Program-made: the position numbers and the translations under genes | Shown here: positions 24,298 to 36,900 of the stretch, piece after piece | Numbering within the stretch: the stretch's first letter is position 1 | Layout: each line of letters opens with the position of its first letter | The notes under the pieces: generated by a model | Seen by the model: the letters and a program-made list of their open reading frames with translations, nothing else | Database searches by the model: none | What the model was told of the DNA's origin: nothing | NCBI RefSeq assembly: GCF_036365525.1 | Contig: NC_090397.1 | Coordinates: 56,832,091 to 56,896,090 of the forward strand | From: Heterodontus francisci | Lineage: Eukaryota | Reading direction: 5' to 3' | DNA: 64,000 nucleotides

Positions 24298-27014
24298 ATT
24301 ATGATATTTCTGCTTGGGGAGAAGGATCATTGTCTGGAGCTTCTGAGGGTGGAAGAAAGCGACCAAATTTGTTTTTTTTGTTGCTGATGTTTTGTGGACA
24401 CAGTCACTACTGATGCCTCGAACTGCTGGAATAATGGTGCACATAGTCCTGCTCTCTTCAACCCTCTAATCCTGCCCCTTTTTAAATTAGCAGTATCAAT
24501 GCAAACCAAGTTGAGCCTTTTATTTGAATTTTTAGATTCACTGAGCTGTCTGGTTGTAAGGTACTGCAGGAAGCACAATGATTTGGGCCATTAGGTTGTG
24601 TCTTTGACGGTCTGTCCTATCAGCAATAAGAATTGCCTGAGCATGAAATTAGGAAGTGAAAGGCCTAATGGGTTTCATTCGGAAGGGGAAGGCGGCAGGC
24701 AATGGCAAATAATTAATGTAAAATCACCTCTGATCAATTCAAACTGATGGGACGAGTGGGATTTTCTCTATTGTGCGTGTCCTGTGAATTTAATATGGGC
24801 TGATAGCACAGAACTCGTCCTCCCCTCCCTTCCCAATTCAGGGAAAAGTTGGTTTTGTAAGGAGTGGTCCAGCAGACAATGCTGATATCTGTGCTGGGAC
24901 CCGATGGAGCAAGCTTTATTCGGAAGCCAGCCTAGGAAGTGCTGGACCCCACTGTAGATGGCTGCATTGAAACTGTGATCTATTCTCTACCATGGTATCG
25001 CACCCTCTTCAGTGGTGAATGCACAATTTATTTTCAATACTGCTCTGAGCAAGTTCTGCTGATTCAGAATTAAAACAAAAACATATTCAGATCCAAGGTC
25101 CCAATCAGTTGCTGTAGGTTAGAGATTTGTACATATTTAACTTTTTTAATACTATGCCAAGCCATTGTCTCGAGATTCAATTCAAGGGATGTGCTAAAGC
25201 AAACGGCTCTGTTTAAAGACAGCAGCTTGTACCCTTCTCTCTCTATTTTGAGATCTGCTTCCCTGAATAACAGCCCTCCAGTACCTCACCTGTGACCATT
25301 CTTCAGGTGTGTATGTTGGTGAGCTATTTGACTGTGTGGGGCACTGTAGCAGGACTGCCTAAGTGAGGATCAGAAGCAAGAACCCATGACCTTATTTTAG
25401 CTTTCCTCTTTAGGCTCGTGGGGCTGAGGTCAGCCTTTTCAAGAGTTTGTCTCGAGTTCCCTAAGTAGCTCAGTTTGTTGGTTGACTGTAGCTGAGCTGT
25501 ACAGACCAGGAAGTTTCTTCCCCCTCCCCCTTCCATTCTATTCCCTGTCTCTGCTGACTTTGCCTGGACTGGCAGCACTTGGTTAGGGCCAGGAACCCCC
25601 TACTGGAATTGGGAGCAGGATTTGGACCTACTGCAATTGCTCTCCACTCACCAACACATGCTACCCAGTCTTGTGGGTGAATGGCCACTTGAACAAGTAT
25701 GAGAGAGCAACTGATGTCTGTGGAGCTTACTTCAGGAGTGGGTGCCCTCAGGGAAGCACATTGAATGGCACTTGATCTCATTCAGAGAGGGCACAGGAAT
25801 GGGCCAGTGTGGAATATGGAAAAGGGAAAAGTATCTCAAGTGTGATGGAGCACACTCTTCTGAGATTGGGACTGAGGAATGTCCCTGAGGTTTACACCTA
25901 TCTATGCAGTAGCTGATCGAGAAAAACCTGATGGGGCATCTAATCGAGAGCTTTACTGTACATCTAACTATGTAGTCGCTGAGCCCAGATACCATGATAT
26001 TTGATTTGGTAGCGATAAGCATTTGTCTAAGATTTCTGCCTCTGTGTTTTTATTAATTGAGATGCTAGTGATTACAGTTGGAGGTGTGGGAATGATTTTG
26101 ATTTGTGGGTCACTGCAGGTTTAGAGTTTGGAATTCTGTAATCTGGGATCTATCAATGACCCCACCCTACTCCTGTAACTGTGCAACAAATTTGTAATTT
26201 GTACATTTTCATACCCTCAGTTTCCTAGTTTTTTTTTGCTCATTGATTTCCCCTCTCATCCAGCATTTGATTCAAACCTGTCCTAAACCTTGCACAGCAA
26301 AGGGATATGTTCAGACAGCACTGGACAGAAGAGTAAACAAAAGCCAAACAGTACTGGCTAACAACTGCTCTCCAGCAATCAATGCTGCATTGTTAAACTG
26401 GCATGGGAGAAACCATCAGAGTGCTACTGTGGACGAAGACTGGCAATAGCCCTTCCTGGTTGGCTATGGGGTGCTGGATCTGGAACACCGACATTCCAGA
26501 AAGAGAATACTCTTATCAAAAAGGATTCTGGCCAATTATTTACAAATACAGTGTGGGATGTCCAGCTCTGGTACTTAAAATATAATTAGATCTTGGAACA
26601 TCGCCCTTCTTTGCAGTTCCAGCCCTGGCTCTCTCCCAATCACTGCATTCCAACCTTGCTCTTTAGCTACATTGGGTACAAGAGAAAGAACCTAATAACT
26701 GGATAAGGATGCACAGCCACTTACACAGTACTTCACTACATAATGTTTTGGGGCCATTGAGATGCCATTCTATACCTTAATCTTTGATAGTACAGTTCTG
26801 GGGGAGTAAGGCACCCTCATGTTGTAACCCGTCCACGTGGCTGCTGTTCATGTGCGAATCTTGATTGAGTGTTAGATGTGGACACAGGCTATCCTGATCC
26901 TATTCTCTTGTGAGGATTGCTGGATAATTGCGAACAGGAGATTTGGACGATTTTCCCCTTGGGCTAGCTGCAGCAGTGTCTTTGAACTGCAGGAGGTGAG
27001 AGTTCAATAGGGAT

Positions 27015-28115
27015 AGATTCATAAAATGGTTACAGCACAGAAGGAGGCCATTTGGCGTGTTGAGCCTGTGCTGGCTTTCCGCAATAGCAATTTAGTTAGT
27101 CCTGCAACCCCTGCTCTTTCCCTGTAACCATGTAAATTTTTGTTCCTTCATGTGTTTATCCAATTCCCTTTTGAAAGCCAGGATTGAAACTGCCTCCACC
27201 ACCTTTTTAGGCAGTGCGTTCTAGATTGTAACCACTTGTTGTGTAAAAATGTTTTTCCTCATGTTACCTCTGGTTCTTTTTGCCAGTCACTTCAAATCTG
27301 TGTCCTCTTGTTCTCGACCCTTCTGCCAATGAGAACAGTTTCTCTTTATCTACTCTGTCTAGACCCCTTGTGATTTTGAACACTTCTGTTAAATCTCCTC
27401 TCAACCTCCTCTTCTCTAAGAACAACCCCAATCTTCAATCTATCCATGTAACTGGAGTTCCTCATCCCTGGAACTATTCTCGTAAATTTTTTCTGCACCC
27501 TTTCTAAAACCTTCACATCATTCCTAAAGTGTGGTGCTCAGAATTGACACCATATTCCATTGAGGCTGAATCAGTCTTTTATAAACGATCATCATTTCTT
27601 TGCTTTATAAAGCCCAGGATCTCGTTTGCCTTTTTCATCACTTCCTCAACCTGCCTTGTACCCCCTATATTTTATATTGCTTCTCATTCTTCCTAACAAG
27701 ATATACCACTTCACACTTATTTTATTTATTTCATTTAGAGATACAGCACTGAAACAGGCCCTTCGGCCCACCGAGTCTGTGCCGACCAACAACCACCCAT
27801 TTATACTAACCCTACAGTAATCCCATATTCCCTATCACCTCCCTACACTAGGGACAATTTACAACGGCCAATTTACCTATCAACCTGCAAGTCTTTGGCT
27901 GTGGGAGGAAACTGGAGCAACCGGTGAAAACCCACACGGTCACAGGGAGAACTTGCAAGCTCCGCACAGACAGTACCCAGAATTGAACCTGGGTCCCTGG
28001 AGCTGTGAGGCTGCGGTGCTAACCACTGCCGCTTCTCTAAATTAAATTTCATTTGCCATTTGTCTGTTCATTCCACCAACCTGTCTGTGTCCTCTTGAGG
28101 TTTATTGCTATCCTC
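27015..28115 (-). mobile_element. CR1 3' fragment containing an HE1-type SINE (about 27730-28032)
   Basis: CR1 tail acagcacagaaggaggccatt..., body aattcccttttgaaagcc...aaatctgtgtcctcttgttctcg; the embedded SINE matches 59-368. Confidence 0.8.
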
Positions 28116-28585
28116 TGTTGGAAGGTAGTTGAATTCTGGAGTTTGCTTAATTACTTTTTGGGATTATGGTATCTATATAGAAATTCCCCTCCAGTGGTCG
28201 GCACAGAATGACAATGTACAGTGTCTGGACAATTTTCAATGGCTTGAATCATTTAATTTTAGTCTATTTCCACCAGTGCTGCACATCACCCAATGGCTGA
28301 AACATGGTTTTAAAAAAAACAGTCGCTTGTTATGATGTCCTGACATCGCAAAACACTTTACAATCAAAGGACTACTTTTGGAGTGTAGTCACTATCGTCA
28401 TGGTAGCTATTTTGTACACGGCATGGTCCAGTGGGCACCAAATCAACCATCAATCTGTTTTATATCTGGCTGAGTAGATATTTAACATCTTAACCAAAAG
28501 ATAATACCTGTTATTCTTTGGCATTCCCTCGCTACTGTATCAAAGTATACTAACGTTTTTTAGGCTGCATTTGCTGACGATGCAA

Positions 28586-28600
28586 CCACTAGGTGGTGCT
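28586..28600 (+). promoter_or_regulatory. Candidate CTCF site
   Basis: CCACTAGGTGGTGCT matches the CTCF core and lies between the two genes. Motif only. Confidence 0.45.
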
Positions 28601-29052
28601 GTACTGGCACATGTAGTCTGCGAAGGTAGACAGCTGCCAGGACTAAAGATGGTGCTGCTCGATAATCACAATGGCAAAGTAAACCTATGGCAGCACGCAA
28701 TGGAAATCGAAAGTACAGCACCTCTGACACTGCTGCACAATTCTAATTGTTTTCAGTGCCATTCCGCTCTGGCAGCTCGCTCCCTGCCCGCTGCCCCCGC
28801 TTCCTTCCTGCACTGCGCTGCCCAAAGAAACAAGGCGATGTAGGAGCATGTGGCAGAGAGGAGGGAGGGGGCGTGGCCTCGAGCTAGCGACTGGAGGGAT
28901 GGAGGAGAGAGCGGCGGGGTAGAGGATGGAGCAGGGGGGGCAGTGGAGCTGACCAGGTGCATTGCATGATGATGTACAGAAGCCCGTCTGCGCATGTGCG
29001 CATCTTGGCGCAGCCTGATGATGTCAACGGCCAGCTGTGTTGTCAGGAATCA

Positions 29053-29345
29053 CTTTTTTTAATCATTCATGGGATGTGGGCGTCGCTAGCCAGGCCAGCA
29101 TTTATTGCCCATCCCTAATTGCCCTTGAGAAGGTGGTGGTGAGCTGCCTTCTTGAACTGCTGCAGTCCATGTCGGGTAGGTATACCCACAGTGCTGTTAG
29201 GAAGAGAGTTCCAGGATTTTGACCCAGTGACAGTGAAGGAACGGCGATATAGTTCCAGATCTGGATGGTGTGTGACTTGGAGGGCAACTTGCAGGTGGTG
29301 TTCCCATGCATTTGCGGCCCTTGTCCTTCTAGTTGGTAGAGGATC
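29053..29345 (-). mobile_element. 3' end of the LINE family at 30770-33647
   Basis: Reverse complement of 33355-33630, including the tail and polyA. Confidence 0.85.
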
Positions 29346-30228
29346 GCGGTTGTGTTTCAGTCTAGTAGGGTTTGAGCCCACAAGCTACTGCCAGTGGGGC
29401 AGGAGTGCCACTAACAGCCAAGTTGGCACATCCTCAAGAGAGAGTGAGAAAATGGGGATAAGGGGATCTTAGCTGGAAAGAATAAAACTACCAGAATGAG
29501 GCTGGGAACCATCTGTACTAGAAATGGCCATTAAAAGACAAACCTGTGGGTAACAAATGACCACTCATTAAAGGTGCACAGCCAGTGTGAGGTGGCTATA
29601 GGGAAAGCCAGTAAGGCAACTGTGCCCCAATTAAATCCATTTGCACCATAACACAAAACAACAATATAAGGTTCAGGTAAATTTGAACTTGAGAGCAAAG
29701 CACCTGGTTTTGATCCCACCACATGGTAAAGGAAATCAAAAATATCTAGAGCTCGTTTTTTACAAGGAGACCTCTCTTGAGTGGTTTACAGGGCAGTCAA
29801 TCGTGAATGGCCACCAAGCAAGGGTGGAGAACGGAAAGGTGTCAACAGAAGGCAAAAACACGGTTAAAAAGGAAGCTCTTCAAGAGGTTTCTGAAGGCGG
29901 GGAGAAATCTAGGAAGGCAGAGCTGCTAAGGAGAGATTTCTGGGGGAGGGGCAAGTAAGACCTGCTGATGGGAGAGTGGGGACCAAGATGTGGGCTATTG
30001 GAGGGATATAGGGCTGCAGGAGATTGAGATTAGGAAGGGGTAAGGCCCTAGGGGAATATGGAAGTATGGACAGGAACCTTAAAGTCGACATTCTGAGGTT
30101 TATTTTGGTGATCTAATTGAAGTGTTTAAAACAATTTGATAACTGCAAGGATGCTATTGTCTCTGCTGGCAGCGAGTTCTTGTGATCTAGAATGCATGGC
30201 CTGAAAGGGCAATGGAAGCAGATTCAAT

Positions 30229-33200
30229 GGCACAGATTTTGTGATGGTAATGTCAGCATTTGCCATCATTATTCCACAAAACTTACAGCAACTTCAGGAG
30301 TCTGCACGTGCACAGAATAATGCAGAAATGAAGAAGTAGCTGTCAGTGATTCTACGCTTCTCCAGAGGGAGCACAGTTGAGGTCTCTTTCCCCTCTCCCA
30401 GACTGTAATCATTGGGAAATCTAGGAATTGAGGACTTCCACTCTTAGGCAGATAGTCTCACTGTAAAGACTCATGAAAAAGTTAACCCTTGTTGAATGAG
30501 GTATTATTTTTTAATGGTGTACTAACATTGAATTACTGCTAAACATCCTCAGTGGCCCTAATAAGATTTTATATTTGTGGAATGTCAAATTTACCCATTA
30601 TGATAAATTCCACATACTTTAAATAATTTTCTGGAACCGTTTGTTTATATTTTAGCTTATATCGTAACCTAATCATAGATTTCATTAACTGAAAATTTAT
30701 TTTAAAATTTAAGGATAAGGCACTTTTATGGTTATGCTGCCTATCTGAATACTTAAATGTGATTTAGCTGCTTACCCTGCCTTGCAAACCCAGCCCTGTC
30801 GACCCTGCAAAGTCCTCCTTACTAACATCTGGGGACTTGTGCCACAGTTGGGAGAGCTGTCCCACAGATTAGTCAAGCAACAGCCTGACATCGTGATACT
30901 CATGGAATCATACCTTACAGACAATGTCCCAGACACTGCCATCACTAAACCTAGGTATGTCCTGTCCCACTGGCAGGACAGACCCAGCAGAGGTGGCAGC
31001 ACAGTGGTGTACAGGAGGGAGGGAGTTGCCCTGGGAGTCCTGAACATCGACTCCGGACCCCATGAAGTCTCATGGCATCAGGTCAAACATGGGCAAAGAG
31101 ACCTCCCACTGATTACCACCTACCGCCCTCCTTCAGCTGATGAGTCAGTACTCCTCCATGTTGAACACCACTTGGAGGAAGCACTGAGGGTAGCAAGGGC
31201 GCAGAATGTACTCTTGGTGGGGGATTTCAATGTCCATCACCAAGAGTGGCTCGGTAGCACCACTGCTGGCCGAGTCCTAAAGGACATAGCTGCTAGACTG
31301 GGTCTGCGGCAGGTGGTGAGGGAATCAACAAGAGGGAAAAACATACTTGACCTAGTCCTCACCAATCTGCCTGCCGCAGATGCATCTGTCCATGACAGTA
31401 TTGGTAGGAGTGACCACCGCACAGTCCTTGTGGAGATGAAGTCCCGCCTTCACATTGAGGATACCGTCCATCGTGTTGTGTGGCACTGTCACCGTGCTAA
31501 ATGGGATAGATTTTGAACAGATCTAGCAATGCAAAACTGGGCATCCATGAGGTGCTGTGGGTCATCAGCAGGAGCAGAATTGTACTCAACCACAATCTGT
31601 AACCTCATGGCCTGGCGTATTCCCCCACGCTACCAATACCATCAAGCCAGGAGACCAACCTTGGTTCAATGAAGTGTCCAGGAGGGCATGCCAGAAGCAG
31701 CACCAGGCCTACCTCAAAATGAGGTGTCAACCTGGTGAAGCTACAACAGAGGACTACTTGCGTGCCAAAATGCGTAAGTAGCATGCAATAGAGAGAGCTA
31801 AGTGATCCCAGAACCAATGGGTCAGATCTAAGTTCTGCAGTCCTGCCACATCCAGCCGTGAATGGTGGTGGACAATTAAACAACTAATTGGAGGAGGAGG
31901 CTCCATAAATATCCCCATCCTCAATGATGGGGGAGCCCAGCACATCAGTGCGAAAGATAAGGCAGAAGCATTTGCAACAATCTTCAGCCAGGAGTGCTGA
32001 ATTGATGATCCATCTCAACCTCCTCCTGAAGTCTCCAGCATCACAGATGCCAGACTTCAGCCAATTCGATTCACTCCTGTGATATCAAGAAACGGCTGAA
32101 GGCACTGATACTGCAAAGGCTATGGCCCTGACGATATTCCGGCAATAGTACTGAAGACCTGTGCTTCAGAACTTGCTGCACCCCTAGCCAAGCTGTTCAT
32201 CTACCCAGCAATGTGGAAAATTGCCTAGGTATGTCCTGTGCACAAAAAGCAGGACAAATCCAACCCAGCCAATTATCACCCCATCAGTCTACTCTCAATC
32301 TCCAGTAAAGTGATGGAAGGTGCCATCAACAGTGCCATCAAGCAGCACTTGCTTAGCAATGACCTGCTCACTGATGCTCAGTTTGGGTTCCGCCAGGGCC
32401 ACTCAGCTCCTGACCTCATCACAGCCTCATCAAACATGGACAAAAGAGCTAAACTCGAGAGGTGGGGTGAGAGTGACTGCCCTTGACATCAAGGCAGCAT
32501 TTGACCGTGTATGGCATCAAGTAGCCCTCGCAAAATTGGAGTCAATGGGATTCAGGGGGGAAACTCTCTGCTGGTTAGAGTCATACCTAGCGCAAAGGAA
32601 GATGGTTGTGGTTGTTGGCGGTCAATCATCTCAGCTCCAGGACATTACTGCAGGAGTTCCTCAGGGTAGTGTCCTAGGCACAACCATCTTCAGCTGCTTC
32701 ATCAATGACCTTCCTTCAATCATAAGGTCAGAAGTGGGGATGTTTGCTGATGATTGCACAATGTTCAGCACCATTCGCGACTCCTCAGATACTGAAGCAG
32801 TCCGTGTAGAAATGCAGCAAGACCTGGACAATATCCAGGCTTGGGCTGATAGGTGGCAAGTAACATTCGCACCACACAAGTACCAGGCAATGACCATCTC
32901 CAACAAGAGAGAATATAACCATCTCCCCTTGACATTCAATGGCATTACCATCGCTGAATCCCCCACTATCAACGTCCTAGGGGCTACCATTGACCAGAAA
33001 CTGAACTGTAGTAGCCATATAAATACCATGGCTACAACAGCAGGTCAGAGGCTTGGAATCCTGCGGCGAGTAACTCATCTCCTGACTCCCCAAAGCCTGT
33101 CCACCATCTTTAAGGCACGGGTCAAGAGTGTGATGGAATACTCTCCACTTGCCTGGATGGGTGCAGCTCCAACAACACTCAAGAAGCTCGACACCATCCA

Positions 33201-33721
33201 GGACAAAGCAGCCCACTTGATTGGCACCCCATCCACAAACATTCACTCCCTCCACCACTGACGCACAGTGGCAGCAGTGTGTACCATCTACAAAAGATGC
33301 ACTGCAGCAACACACCAAGGCTCCTTAGACAGCACCTTCCAAACCCGCGACCTCTACCAACTGGAAGGACAAGGGCAGCAAATGCATGGGAACACCACCA
33401 CCTGCAAATTCCCCTCCAAGCCACACACCATCCTGATTTGCAACTATATCACCGTTCCTTCACTGTAGCTGGGTCAAAATCCTGGAACTCCCTTCCTCAT
33501 GCACCATGGGTGTACCTATCTCACATGGACTGCAGCGGTTCAAGAAGGCAGCTCACCACCACCTTCTCAAGGGCAAGTAGGGATGGGCAATAAATGCTGG
33601 CCTAGCCAGCGACGCCCACATCCCATGAATTTTTTGAATTAAAAAAAATCTATGTGGGCAGCATTCTTCAAGGTCAGTAGCAAGTGCAATTGCTTCACGA
33701 CTGACCTGGAAAATCTGGGTC
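30229..33721. mobile_element. Non-autonomous DNA transposon (PIF/Harbinger-like?) inserted in a CR1 fragment and itself interrupted by a LINE
   Basis: Imperfect terminal inverted repeats (TIRs) GGCACAGATTTT (30229-30240) / AAAATCTGGGTC (33710-33721), with AAT on both sides. Removing it restores the CR1 sequence gaagcagattcAATactaactttcaaaagggaattgg. Confidence 0.55.
30770..33647 (+). mobile_element. LINE (CR1/L2 supergroup) with APE endonuclease and RT, mildly decayed
   Basis: Endonuclease motifs TNIWGL, ESYL, YRPP, VGDFN.HH, LDL, SDH (30782-31516); RT motifs DIKAAFDRVWH, GVPQGSVLG, FADD (32320-33261). It has stops and frameshifts and ends in a 3' tail with polyA. Confidence 0.92.
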
Positions 33722-33981
33722 AATACTAACTTTCAAAAGGGAATTGGATATATAGTTGAAAAGGAAACATATGCAAGGCTGTGGCAATGAGCTGGAAAGT
33801 GGAACTTCTTGGATAGCTCTTTCAAGCAGCAGATACGATGGATTGAATTGGCTCCTGTGCTGTAGGATTCTATGATGTTTTCCATAGGCAATCCCATTCT
33901 AAATATGGACACAGGAATACATAATGAATAAATTAACAAGAAGTGCCTAGATATCTAAGATTGTTAAAATACAGGGTGTCA

Positions 33982-36900
33982 TAATAAGATCATAAGAACT
34001 AGGAGCAGGAGTAGGCCGTCCGGCCCCTCGAGCCTGCTCCGCCATTCAATAAGATCATGGCTGATCTTTTCGTGGACTCAGATCCACTTACCCGCGCTCT
34101 CACCGTATCCCTTAATTCCTTTATTGTTCAAAAAGATATCTACCTTAGCTTTAAAAACGTTTACTGAAGAAGCGTCAACTACTTCACTGGGCAAGGAATT
34201 CCATAGATTAACAACCCTCTGGGTGAAGAAGTTCCTTCTTAATTCAGTCTTAAATCTGCTCTCTCTAATCTTGAGGCTATGCCCTCTTGTCCTAGCTTCA
34301 CCTGCCAGTGGAAACATCCTCTCTACTTGTATCTTATCTATTCCCTTCATAATTTTATATGTTTCTATAAGATCCCCCCTCAATCTTCTGAATTCCAATG
34401 AATATAATCCCAATCTACTCAGTCTCTCCTCATAAGCCAACCCCCTCAACTCCGGAATCAACCTAGTGAACCTCCTCTGCACCCTCTCCAGTGCCAGTAC
34501 ATCCTTTCTCAAGTAAGGAGACCAAAACTGCAGACAGTACTCCAGGTGCGGCCTCACCAGTACCTCATACAGCTGCAACATAACCTCTCTGCTTTTAAAC
34601 TCAATCCCTTTAGCAATGAAGGACAAAATTCCATTTGCCTTCCTAATTACTTGCTGTACCTGCAGACCAACCTTCTGCGATTCATGCACAAGGACACCTA
34701 GGTCCCTCTGCATAGCAGCATGCTGCAACATTTTACCATTCAAGTAATAATCCTTTTTACTGTTACTCCTACCGAAATGAATGACTTCACATTTATTAAC
34801 ATTGTATTCCATCTGCCAGACCTTTGCCCACTCACTCAATGTATCTATGTTCCTCTGCAAAGTTTCACAGTCATCTGCACACTTTGCTCTGCCACTCATC
34901 TTAGTGTCATCTGCAAACTTTGACACCCTACACGTGGTCCCCAACTCCAAATCGTCTATATAAATTGTAAATAATTGCGGTCCCAACACCGATCCCTGAG
35001 GCACACCACTAGTGACTGATTGCCAACCAGAATAGCACTCATTTATCCCCACTCTCTGCTTCCTGTTTGTTAGTCAACCAATCCTCTATCCATGCTAATA
35101 CTTTCCCCCTAACACCATGCATCCTTATCTTATGCAGCAGCCTCTTGTGCGGCACCTTGTCGAAGGCCTTTTAGAAATCTAAGTACACCACATCCACTGG
35201 GTCCCCATTGTCCACCTTGCTCGTAATGTCATCATAGAATTCCAAAAGATTTGTCAAGCATGACCTGCCCTTCATGAACCCATGCTGCGTCTGCCCAACG
35301 GGACAATTTCTATCGAGATGCCCTGCTATTTCTTCCTTGATAATAGACTCAAGCATCTTCCTCACTACAGAGGTTAAGCTAATTCCCCATCTTTTGTCTA
35401 CCTCCCTTTTTAAACAGTGGCGTCACATCTACTGTTTTCCAATCTGCTGGGACTACCCCAGAGTCCAGCGAATTTTGGAAAATTACTGCCAGTGCACCTG
35501 CTATTTCTCCCGCCATCTCTTTTAGTACCCTGGGATGCATTCCATCAGGGCCAGGAGACTTATCAATCCTTAGCTCCATTAGCTTGCCCAACACTACCTC
35601 TTCTGTAATAATGATTGTTTCCAGGTCCTCACCTACGTTCGTCTCTTTGTCAATTACTGGCATGTTATTAATGTCCTCCACTGTGAAGACCGATACAAAA
35701 TACCTGTTCAATGCCTCGGCCATTTCATCATATCCCATAACTAAATTCCCCTTCTCATCCTCTAAAGGACCAACGTTTACTTTAGCCACTCTTTTTCGTT
35801 TTATATATTTATAGAAACTTTTGCTATCTGTCTTTATATTCTGTGCTAGTTTTTTCTCATGTTCTATCTTACTTTTCTTTATAGCTCTTTTTGTGGCTTT
35901 CTGTTGACCTTTAAAATTTTCCCAATCTTCTAGTTTCATGCTGTTTTTGGCCACTTTGTATGCGTTCTCTTTCAATTTGATAGCCTCCCTTATTTCCTTA
36001 GACACTCATGGCAGATTACCCCTTTTCTTCCAGTCCTTCCTTTTCACTGAATATACTTTTGCTGAGCACTTTGAAAAATTGCTTTGAAAGTCCTCCACTG
36101 CTCGTCAACTGTCCCACCACAAAATCTTTGTTTCCAGCCTACTTTAGCCAAGTCCTCCCTCATTCTATTGTAGTCCCCCTTGTTCAAGCGCAGGACCTTG
36201 GTATTGGATTTTATCTTCACACTCTCCATCTGTATTCTAAATTCAACCATACTGTGATCACTCCTTCCAAGAGGATCCCTAACTATGAGGTCATTAATTA
36301 TTCCTGTCTCATTACACAGGACTAGATCTAGGATAGCTTGCTCCCTCGTCGGTTCCAATACATACTGTTCAAGAAAACTATCACGGATACACTCAACGAA
36401 CTCCTCCTCAAGGCTACCGTGACTGAGCTGGTTCGACCAATCTACATGTAGATTAAAATCCCCCATGATAACTGCCGTACCATTTTTACAGGGATTAGTT
36501 ATTTCTTTGTTTATTGCCTGCCCCAATGTGATGTTATTATTTGGTGGCCTATAGACTACGCCTATCAATGACTTTTTCTTCTTAGAGTTTCTAATTTCCA
36601 CCCAAACGGATTCAACCTCATTCTCCATAGAACCTATATCATCTCTCAGCACCGCCCTGATGTTGTCCTTGAATATCAGAGTTACACCACCTCCCTTACC
36701 TACCTGTCTGTCCTTCCGAATAGTCTGGTACCCCTGGATATTTAACTCCCAGACGGTCGCCCACCTCCTCCTGGAATGTGTTTTTGCAAAGCAGGTGTGG
36801 AAAGAGATGCAGTGGTTTTTGTCGAGGTTCATCCCAAGCAGCTCGGTAACACAGGAGTCTGTGCTCTACGGGCTGTTCCCAGGGACGCACACCGAGAGAA

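Noticed and set aside
28966-29017. ATGATGA...CTGA as a C/D box snoRNA
   Set aside because: Only about 52 nt, intergenic, with no convincing terminal stem or rRNA guide.
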